From: Dehalococcoidia bacterium
GTDB taxonomy: Bacteria > Chloroflexota > Dehalococcoidia > Lucifugimonadales > CAZENU01
Length of the DNA stretch: 64,000 nucleotides
Direction of reading: 5' to 3'
Assembly: GCA_965222125.1 (NCBI GenBank)
Contig: CBDCTC010000006.1
Coordinates: 408,435-472,434 of the forward strand
Part shown: positions 18,639 to 27,600 of the stretch, one piece after another
Numbering within the stretch: the stretch's first letter is position 1
Layout: every line of letters starts with the position of its first letter
The notes under the pieces: generated by a model
Told to the model about the DNA's origin: nothing
Databases searched by the model: none
What the model saw: only the letters and a program-made list of their open reading frames with translations
Made by a program: the position numbers and the translations under genes

Positions 18639-18734
18639 CTCATGCCCTCCACCTGTCTGGTAGACTCAGCATGGATGAACCAATTGGAACATCTCTAGCC
18701 GCTTTCCGGCCTAGTTACGCTCAATTGGTATAAG

Positions 18735-18971
18735 TATAAGCTTCTCTTCGAGCTTTCGAACAGCGCAGGTCGAGTGTTGACCCGCGACCAGATCTTGCAG
18801 AGGGTCTGGGGTACAGGCTACTCAGGGCAGGGCGAGTTGCTCCGGGCTACCGTAAAGAACCTGCGCCGGAAGTTGGGAGACCACGCCAGCGATCCAAGGT
18901 ACATCTTCACCGAGCCCCGCGTAGGCTACCGCATGGCGAAGGGACAGGAACCAGGACAGACGGAGCCGTGA
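18735..18971 (+). pseudogene. displaced 3' end of the HK-RR gene (OmpR-type winged-helix DNA-binding domain)
   Basis: YKLLFELSNSAGRVLTRDQILQRVWGTGYSGQGELLRATVKNLRRKLGD...IFTEPRVGYRM is the Trans_reg_C pattern. It continues ...VQLSAT(Y) from 17562-17565 in frame if 17565..18736 is removed. Confidence 0.75.
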
Positions 18972-19014
18972 TAGTCGAGCCTGTCGTCTCCCCGCTCATG
19001 GCAGACTGGTCCCA

Positions 19015-19111
19015 ATTACAGCTCCGGAACGAACCCCAATGTGAAGGTTCTCGATTTTCTCAAGTCTGGTGGGCCAAGGCGTACCGATTTGCGAACTTTT
19101 CGGTGGGAGGT
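19015..19111. repeat. ~97-nt repeated element, intact copy A
   Basis: Shares blocks ATTACAG / GGAACGAA / GAAGGTTCTCGATTT / TCAAGTCTGGTGGGCCA / GTACCG....GCGAACTTTTCGGTGGGAGGT with 37608-37683 plus 39364-39388. Confidence 0.5.
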
Positions 19112-19174
19112 CGCCCTTTAGGGGTTAGGAGCAACGTGAGGTCATACATCACCTACGCAATCGACACCGCGAAG

Positions 19175-20032
19175 CTACAGTGGGGACCCTCCCCATTCGC
19201 GAGTCTCGACGCCAGACGATGGCCTTGCTTCGATGCCCAATCGTTGTTTGATCGCTTCTGCGAGCTCGTATCCCTTACCCTTTCGGGTGTTGTCAGTCAC
19301 AACAAATCTAGCGTTGGTGGCCCTTACGTATTCTAGCGTACCCTCAAAGTCAGCGTGATTCGACATGGCCACTCCATACGCTCGTTCAGAATACTCTACA
19401 ACCCGCATGTCGGGTCGGGTGAAATAGGCGCTGAGCACCACCTTTGAGCCTGAGCCCAAGTCCACGGGGGTTTGGTCGCCAGTACCATACACTCTTACAT
19501 AGTGGCCATCTCTAACCAACAGGCTCGCTTCGTCAGAAGGATGAACGATCAACGGTTGGATGGTGTATCCGAAGTCCCTATACACAGCGACCTCTCGCGA
19601 GAGTCTGCGGCTACCAATCACCGAGCAACCGATTTCGTCGTTGATGATCTGAAGCGCACGCTGCAGCGTGCCTCGGTGTGCTTTGATGTGAACAGGACCG
19701 CTAGCGGTCAATCGAAGAACCAACTGCGCGAATCGCTCTTCGCACTCGCCTTGAGAAAACTCCCTAACACTATGTGGAGAACCGTATGTGCTGTCCACGA
19801 CTAATGCGTCCACTTGAATGACGTCATCCAACGGCCATTGGAAGTCTCCTGAGTAGCCAAGACGCAGCCCGTTGTCGAGCTCCGCAATGACTTGTACGGA
19901 ACCGAGCATGTGACCGCTCGGTATCAACGAGACCTCTGAGTTGCCTACCCTGTATCGCTCGAAGGGCCTTAGCACTCTGACGTTAGAGCGGTACGGTAGA
20001 TCAGCGTCGTATTCCGCCACCAATAGGCCCAA
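19175..20032 (-). CDS. MBL-fold / beta-CASP-like hydrolase, probably 5'-truncated
   Basis: IPSGHMLGS, VVDSTYG and MSNHADFEGTLEYV motifs are present, but no HxHxDH motif. The reading frame stays open upstream of the called start with no start codon. G+C is lower. Confidence 0.5.
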   Translation of the reverse strand: MGLLVAEYDADLPYRSNVRVLRPFERYRVGNSEVSLIPSGHMLGSVQVIAELDNGLRLGYSGDFQWPLDDVIQVDALVVDSTYGSPHSVREFSQGECEERFAQLVLRLTASGPVHIKAHRGTLQRALQIINDEIGCSVIGSRRLSREVAVYRDFGYTIQPLIVHPSDEASLLVRDGHYVRVYGTGDQTPVDLGSGSKVVLSAYFTRPDMRVVEYSERAYGVAMSNHADFEGTLEYVRATNARFVVTDNTRKGKGYELAEAIKQRLGIEARPSSGVETREWGGSPL

Positions 20033-20129
20033 AATTCCTTCACTTGTGATGACCTCTTGACACCCCTTGCCTCCCGGCGAACCCCCCCGTCGCCGCTGTC
20101 ATGACCGCCAGCACGGCGCCACCGCCGCT

Positions 20130-20774
20130 TTAGGCGGTATTCCGGTATTCGTACTTGGTGTTCTTCTCCACATAGTTGTCGTAGTGGGTCGTTGGCCGGA
20201 ATGTTCCAGGCACCAACCGGCCGTTCCTCTCGATGGTGTAGTAACCCGATTTGCTCACCTCATCCCACTGAAGTATGACCCGGCCTTGGCCTTGGATGTA
20301 GAACGCCGTGGCCTGATAATCACCAGACTCGGACTCCTGCTCCGCTCCTCCTGCATCGGATTCTTCTTCGGTCGGGGCCGGAGCGGTGCCGGCTGTGGTG
20401 GCAACCGCCGCATCAGACCAGGGGCCCCAACCCTCTGTGTTGCTGGCGCGCACCCGCACCGTGTAGGAAGTCCCCTTCGTTACGCTCTGTCCGCTCCGGT
20501 CCACCACATTGTAGCCGGTCCCGGTGGGCGTGGGCTTCACGTCAGCGTAAGCGGAGTCTTCCGCCGAGGTCAACTTGTACTGGATGCCGTAGCCGGTAAT
20601 GGCCGAAGAACCGGCCGCCGGCGCCGTCCAGGTGACCCGGAAGGAGGTTTGCTCCACGTTGATAATCTCCGGAGCCGCCGGTTGGCCCGGCGGCGTGTTC
20701 GCCACATCCGTAACCGTGATGGTCACCGCGATGCTGGCCGACAGCCCGCCCCCGTCGGTGGCCGTTACGGTCAC
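20130..20774 (-). pseudogene. orphaned ancestral C-terminus of giant gene 1 (end of a cadherin domain, FN3, unique tail)
   Basis: TVTATDGGGLSASIAVTITVTDVANTPPGQPAAPEIINVEQTSFRVTWTAP... is homologous to the last modules of 21644..36631. It is separated from them by two TAGs and a +2-nt frameshift near 20785. Confidence 0.6.
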
Positions 20775-20965
20775 CGAGTAGGGGAAACCTTACCCTCGTA
20801 GTCCAACGCGCCCTGGGTCTGCAGCTGCCCGGTGGCCGAGTCGACGGCGAAGTGGCCATCGTCCGCCGTCGTACCCAAAGTGTAGGTGAGGGTGTCCCCG
20901 CCGTCCGGGTCGGCGGCCGTTACCGGGCTGCCGATGTCCGTGTTGGCGGCGGCGTTCGCCGCCAC
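20771..20965 (-). pseudogene. cadherin-module fragment (third 642-bp unit, frameshifted)
   Basis: AANAAANTDIGSPVTAADPDGGDTLTYTLGTTADDGHFAVDSATGQLQTQGALDYEGK, then out of frame. Confidence 0.6.
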
Positions 20966-21001
20966 GCTGACCGTCGCGGTGGTGGCGGCGAAGGCTGGGG
21001 C

Positions 21002-21643
21002 CTAGTTGGCCGGCACCGGAGCCGCGCCGGCTGTGGTAGCAACGGCCGCATCAGACCAGGGGCTCCAACCCGCTGCGTTACTGGCGCGCACCCGCACCGC
21101 GTAGGAAGTCCCCTCCGCTACGGTCTGCCCACTCCGGTTCACCAGGTTGTAGCCGGTCCCAGTCCCGGTGGGCGTCGGCTTCACGTCTGCGTAAGCCGAG
21201 TCTTCCGCCGAGGCCAGCTTGTACTGGATGCCGTAGCCGGTAATGGCCGAAGAACCTTCCGCCGGCGCCGTCCAGGTGATCCGGAAGGAGGTTTCCTTCA
21301 CGTTGATAATCTCCGGCGCGGCCGGTTGGCCCGGCGGCGTGTCCGCCACATCCGTAACGGTGATGCTCACCGCGATGCTGGCCGACAGCCCGCCGCCCTC
21401 GGTGGCGGTTACCGTCACCGAGTAGGAACTCTTACCCTCGTAGTCTAGGGCGCCCTGGGTCTGCAACTGGCCGCTGGCCGAGTCTATGGCGAAGTGGTCG
21501 TCGTCCGCCGTCGTACCCAAAGTGTAGGTGAGGGTGTCCCCGCCGTCCGGGTCGGCGGCCGTTACCGGGCTGCCGATGTCCGTGTTGGCGGCGGCCTTCG
21601 CCGCCACGCTGACCGTCGCGGTGGTGGCGGCGAAGGCTGGGGC
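21002..21643 (-). pseudogene. complete cadherin+FN3 unit lying between two in-frame TAG codons (second 642-bp unit)
   Basis: Same frame as giant gene 1 (21644-21002 = 642 = 214 codons). Its 3' ~175 nt are identical to the corresponding part of the last in-gene unit. Confidence 0.65.
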
Positions 21644-24600
21644 CTAGTTGGCCGGCACCGGAGCCGCGCCGGCTGTGGTAGCAACGGCCGCATCAGACCA
21701 GGGGCTCCAACCCGCTGCGTTACTGGCGCGCACCCGCACCGCGTAGGAAGTCCCCTCCGCTACGGTCTGCCCACTCCGGTTCACCAGGTTGTAGCCGGTC
21801 CCAGTCCCGGTGGGCGCGGGCTTCACGTCGGCGTAAGCGGAGTCTGCCGCCCCGGTCAGCTTGTATTGGATCCCGTAGCCGGTAATGGTCGAAGAACCGG
21901 CTGCCGGCGCGGCCCAGGTGACCCGGAAGGAGGTTTCCTTCACGTTGATAATCTCCGGCGCGGCCGGTTGGCCCGGCGGCGTGTCCGCCACATCCGTAAC
22001 GGTGATGCTCACCGCGATGCTGGCCGACAGCCCGCCGCCGTCGGTGGCGGTTACCGTCACCGAGTAGGAACTCTTACCCTCGTAGTCTAGGGCGCCCTGG
22101 GTCTGCAACTGGCCGCTGGCCGAGTCTATGGCGAAGTGGTCGTCGTCCGCCGTCGTACCCAAAGTGTAGGTGAGGGTGTCCCCGCCGTCCGGGTCGGTGG
22201 CCGTTACCGGGACACCGATGTCCGTCCCGGCGGCGGTATTCTCGGCCACGCTGACCGTTGCGGTGGCGGCGGCGAAGACCGGGGCCTGGTTGGCCGGGGC
22301 CGGCGCGGCGCCGGCTGTAGTGGCAACGGCCGGGTCAGACCAGGGGCCCCAGCCCTCTGCGTTACTGGCACGCACCCGCACCGCGTAGGAAGTCCCCTTG
22401 GCTACGCTCTGCCCACTCCGGTTCACCAAATTGTAGCCGGTGACGGTCCCGGTGGGCGTGGGCTGCACGCCAGCGTAAGCCGAGTCTTCCGCTCCGCCCA
22501 GCTTGTATTGGATGCCGTAGCCGGTAATGGTCGAAGAACCGGCTGCCGGCGCGGTCCAGGTGACCCGGAAGGAGGTTTGCACCACGTTGATAATCTCCGG
22601 CGCGGCCGGTTGGCCCGGCGGCGTACCCACCGACCGAGTGGACCTGGACGCCGACCGTGCTTGGCTACCGAACTCGGCCACTGTCTCTATGCCGTCGCCG
22701 TCCCAGTCCGCCTTCAGGGCCGGGTACTGGCTGGCCGAGCCCAGGTCCCAAGCCATTTCGCTGCCAGCCCGGTCGAGGAGGTCGGTGTAATCATCCCACT
22801 GCTGGTAGATTCCGGTGAAGGTTATGGTCCCCTGTAACTCAGCAGTAGTTGCCCCCACGCCACCCGGGGGGCTGGATCCCTGACCGCTGGTTTCGGTGTT
22901 CCAGTAGCTCTGGGAGACAGTGGGGGGTACGGGATCCTCCCAACCTGGCTGTAAAGCGCTTTTGCCGATCAGGCCGCCCGGTTTGTACCAAGCCGGCAGG
23001 GAGCCGGTGGAGTAGCTGTTTATGATTGTCCACTGGTTCACACCCACTAAACCGCCCGCGGCGCTACCAGACTCAACATTACCTGTAGCGTAAGTGTTCT
23101 TGATGAAGCCACCGTTGAAGCCTGCCAGTCCGCCCGCATCGCCTTGTGGACTTTGCACATCGCCGGTAGCATAGCTGGCCAGGATTCTCGATCCACGATT
23201 GTTGCTACCTACCAGCCCACCAGCCTCGCCCCTACGTGCATAGACATCGGCCGAAGAATAGCTGTCTTCCACGACACCGGCGATGTTGTTGTGGCCTACC
23301 AGCCCGCCCACGCTGTTACGCGACAGAGTTGCGCCGGACACCCGGCCTGTGGAATAGCAGGCGGTGATGATGCCGGTAGCGTTGGTTCCGACCAACGCCC
23401 CGGTCATGTTGTCTCCGCCCGTCACGTCGACGTTAATCAGACCGAGCCTGCGGATTGACACCCGTCGGTTAGTAGCGGTTTCGAGAGCGTCGGGGCTGTA
23501 ATCCGCGCCAATATAGCCGAACAGTCCGTTGTGATTACTCCCCAGGGACGCGCCGGGAACGCGCCGGTCAATGAACAGGTTGGGGATAGTGTGCCTGTTG
23601 CCTTCCATGATGGCAGTGAATGGGTTGGCGCCCGTACCGATGGGATCCCAGCCCTTGCCGGCGTTCCAGTAGGTGTCGATAGAGTTGGCGTCCTCGCTGC
23701 CGTCAGTGTCGAGGTTCAAGTTTTCGATCAATTCATAGCCGATGCAGTTGGGCGTGTTGGGGTTGTCATCGGTGTCGGGACAGCCCATATCAGCCCTGGC
23801 GTTGGGGAAGGCAGCAGCATAGCTGGCCTGGTTGGCGCTGACATCCACAGCGCCGTCGCCGTTCAGGTCCCAGCGGATGGCGTTCAGCTTGGCGAGAGTG
23901 TCCACATCGATGAGCCCGTCATTATCACTGTCGTAGTCGGTTCCGCCGTTGAGGTCGGTGGCCCTGACGGTGATCTTGGCGGTATCGTCGAAGGCGGTGT
24001 CGCGGTCACCATTGGCGTCCCGGCCGTCCCGCACCTTGACCTTGAGGGAGTATAAGGTGGTGCGCGTGGCGGGGTCGTGGGAGGCTCGGGCCTTCCGGAT
24101 GGGGGTGGCCTTGAAGGCCAAGGCGCCGCTGGCGCTGTCGAGGGTGAAGTAGTCGTGGTCCCCGGTAGCCTCCAGGGCGTAGAACAGGATCTCCCCGGCG
24201 TCCGGGTCCTCGGCGTCCAACTTCCCTACCTCGGTGACGCCCTCGGCGATGCTGAACTCGGCGGCGGGGAAGACCGGGGCCTCGTTGACGTCGGTTACGT
24301 TGACCGTCACCTCGATGCTGGCGTCGGCCGCCGGGGTCGCCTCGACTGAGCCGTCGGCGTCCCTGCCGTCGGAGGCGTTCACCGTCAGCTTATAGGACCT
24401 CCTGGTCTCGTAGTCCAGGGCCCCCTTGGTCTGCAGCTGGCCCGTGGCCGGGTCGATGGCGAAGTGGCCGTCGTCCTCCGTCGCGCCCAGGCTGTAGCTC
24501 AGCGTGGCCCCCGCGTCCGGGTCCTGGGCCCTGACCGGGGCGCCGATGTTCGCCTTGGCGGCGGTGTTCTCCGCCACGCTCCGGGTGGTGGTGGCGGCCG

Positions 24601-27600
24601 GGAAGACCGGGGGTTCGTTCACGTCGGTTACGCTGACATCCACGTCGGCGCTGTCGTCGAAGCCGATGTCGTCGTCGCCGTCGGCGTTCCGGCTGTCCCG
24701 CACCTTGACCCTCAGTCTGTAGGCCGCCTTCTCCTCCCGGTTGGCGGGCTCCTTCAGGGCCAGGACCCCGCCGCTGCTCAGGGTGAACTCGTCGTGATCC
24801 CCGGTGGTGGTGTCCAGTTCGTAGAACAGGGTGTCGTCGTCGGCGTCTTCGTCCCTGGCCGCCAGGGTCCCCACGCTGGTGACGCCCTCCAGGATGCTGA
24901 ACTCGACGTCGGCCAGCACCGGGGGTTCGTTCAGGTCGGTGACCGTGACCTCCACCGCCGCGCTGGCGCTGTTGCCGGCGCCGTCGGTGGCGATCACCGT
25001 CAGGTTGTGGGTCCCCTTGCGCTCGTGGTCCAGGGCCGCCTTCGTCTGCAGCTGCCCGCTGGACGAGCCGACGGCGAAGTTGGCCCCGTCCGTTCCCCCA
25101 AGGGTGTAGGTCAGCGTGGCCCCCGCGTCCGGGTCGGCGGCGGTGATCGGGTCGCCGATGTCGGTCCCGGGCGCCGTGTTCTCCGCCACGCTCCGGGTGG
25201 TGGTGGCGGCGGGGAAGACCGGGGCCTCGTTGACGTCGGTTACGTTGACCGTCACCTCGATGCTGGCGTCGACCGCCGGGGTCGCCTCGACTGAGCCGTC
25301 GGCGTCCCTGCCGTCGGAGGCGTTCACCGTCAGCTTATAGGACCTCTTGGCCTCGTAGTCCAGGGCCCCCTTGGTCTGCAGCTGGCCCGTGGCCGGGTCG
25401 ATGGCGAAGTGGCCGTCGTCCTCCGTCGCGCCCAGGCTGTAGCTCAGCGTGGCCCCCGCGTCCGGGTCCTGGGCCCTGACCGGGGCGCCGATGTTCGCCT
25501 TGGCGGCGGTGTTCTCCGCCACGCTCCGGGTGGTGGTGGCGGCCGGGAAGACCGGGGGTTCGTTCACGTCGGTTACGCTGACATCCACGTCGGCGCTGTC
25601 GTCGAAGCCGGTGTCGTCGTCGCCGTCGGCGTTCCGGCTGTCCCGCACCTTGACCCTCAGTCTGTAGGCCGCCTTCTCCTCCCGGTTGGCGGGCTCCTTC
25701 AGGGCCAGGACCCCGCCGCTGCTCAGGGTGAACTCGTCGTGATCCCCGGTGGTGGTGTCCAGTTCGTAGAACAGGGTGTCGTCGTCGGCGTCTTCGTCCC
25801 TGGCCGCCAGGGTCCCCACGCTGGTGACGCCCTCCAGGATGCTGAACTCGACGTCGGCCAGCACCGGGGGTTCGTTCAGGTCGGTGACCGTGACCTCCAC
25901 CGCCGCGCTGGCGCTGTTGCCGGCGCCGTCGGTGGCGATCACCGTCAGGTTGTGGGTCCCCTTGCGCTCGTGGTCCAGGGCCGCCTTCGTCTGCAGCTGC
26001 CCGCTGGACGAGCCGACGGCGAAGTTGGCCCCGTCCGTTCCCCCCAGGGTGTAGGTCAGCGTGGCCCCCGCGTCCGGGTCGGCGGCGGTGATCGGGTCGC
26101 CGATGTCGGTCCCGGGCGCCGTGTTCTCCGCCACGCTCCGGGTGGTGGTGGCGGCGGGGAAGACCGGGGCCTCGTCCACGTCGGTTACGTTGACCGTCAC
26201 CTCGATGCTGGCGTCGACCGCCGGGGTCGCCTCGACTGAGCCGTCGGCGTCCCTGCCGTCGGCGGCGTTCACCGTCAGCTTATAGGACCTCTTGGTCTCG
26301 TAGTCCAGGGCCCCCTTGGTCTGCAGCTGGCCCGTGGCCGGGTCGATGGCGAAGTGGCCGTCGTCCTCCGTCGCGCCCAGGCTGTAGCTCAGCGTGGCCC
26401 CCGCGTCCGGGTCGGCGGCCCTGACCGGGGCGCCGATGTTCGCCTTGGCGGCGGTGTTCTCCGCCACGCTCCGGGTGGTGGTGGCGGCCGGGAAGACCGG
26501 GGGTTCGTTCACGTCGGTTACGCTGACGTCCACGTCGGCGCTGTCGTCGAAGCCGGTGTCGTCGTCGCCGTCGTCGTTCCGGCTGTCCCGCACCTTGACC
26601 CTCAGTCTGTAGGCCGCCTTCTCCTCCCGGTTGGCGGGCTCCTTCAGGGCCAGGACCCCGCCGCTGCTCAGGGTGAACTCGTCGTGATCCCCGGTGGTGG
26701 TGTCCAGTTCGTAGAACAGGGTGTCGTCGTCGGCGTCTTCGTCCCTGGCCGCCAGGGTCCCCACGCTGGTGACGCCCTCCAGGATGCTGAACTCGACGTC
26801 GGCCAGCACCGGGGGTTCGTTCAGGTCGGTGACCGTGACCTCCACCGCCGCGCTGGCGCTGTTGCCGGCGCCGTCGGTGGCGATCACCGTCAGGTTGTGG
26901 GTCCCCTTGCGCTCGTGGTCCAGGGCCGCCTTCGTCTGCAGCTGCCCGCTGGACGAGCCGACGGCGAAGTTGGCCCCGTCCGTTCCCCCAAGGGTGTAGG
27001 TCAGCGTGGCCCCCGCGTCCGGGTCGGCGGCGGTGATCGGGTCGCCGATGTCGGTCCCGGGCGCCGTGTTCTCCGCCACGCTCCGGGTGGTGGTGGCGGC
27101 GGGGAAGACCGGGGCCTCGTCCACGTCGGTTACGTTGACCGTCACCTCGATGCTGGCGTCGACCGCCGGGGTCGCCTCGACTGAGCCGTCGGCGTCCCTG
27201 CCGTCGGCGGCGTTCACCGTCAGCTTATAGGACCTCTTGGTCTCGTAGTCCAGGGCCCCCTTGGTCTTCAGCTGGCCCGTGGCCGGGTCGATGGCGAAGT
27301 GGCCGTCGTCCTCCGTCGCGCCCAGGCTGTAGCTCAGCGTGGCCCCCGCGTCCGGGTCGGCGGCCCTGACCGGGGCGCCGATGTTCGCCTTGGCGGCGGT
27401 GTTCTCCGCCACGCTCCGGGTGGTGGTGGCGGCGGGGAAGACAGGGGGTTCGTTGGGGCGTTGGATGCCGAACTCCTGCCAGGTGGGCGCTGTGTCATCG
27501 TCAAAGTCCGCGTTGAGCACCGGGTACTCGGCATCGCTGCCGAAGTCCCATGGGTTGTCCCCGAGGGGAATGTCTTGGCCAGTGTCATCGCCCCAGATTA

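Larger units (their letters stand above)
17565..18734 (-). mobile_element. IS630-family insertion sequence (~1.17 kb)
   Basis: Imperfect 24-bp IRs TACCATTTCAGGCTAATGAGGCCG (17565-) and TACCAATTGAGCGTAACTAGGCCG (reverse complement of -18730), each abutted by TA. The exact right boundary (18730 or 18734) is unresolved. Two overlapping transposase ORFs are inside. Confidence 0.8.
20360..22285 (-). repeat. 3 x 642-bp tandem units (cadherin + FN3) spanning the end of giant gene 1
   Basis: Unit boundaries are at 22286 (CAG, Gln), 21644 (TAG) and 21002 (TAG). The third unit is diverged and frameshifted. Confidence 0.8.

Noticed and set aside
18977-18985. GAGCCTGTC just after the wHTH fragment, identical to the first 9 nt of the IS1182-like inverted repeat (possible solo IR)
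   Set aside because: A 9-nt match is expected by chance about once in this amount of sequence, and the similarity does not extend beyond it.
21002-21646. Programmed TAG read-through or pyrrolysine decoding to extend giant protein 1
   Set aside because: TAG terminates 13 of 24 confident genes in this window, including ileS and pyrB. No pyl genes or PYLIS-like context are seen. The third unit also needs a frameshift, so decay or mis-assembly is the simpler reading. The observation itself is reported as a finding.
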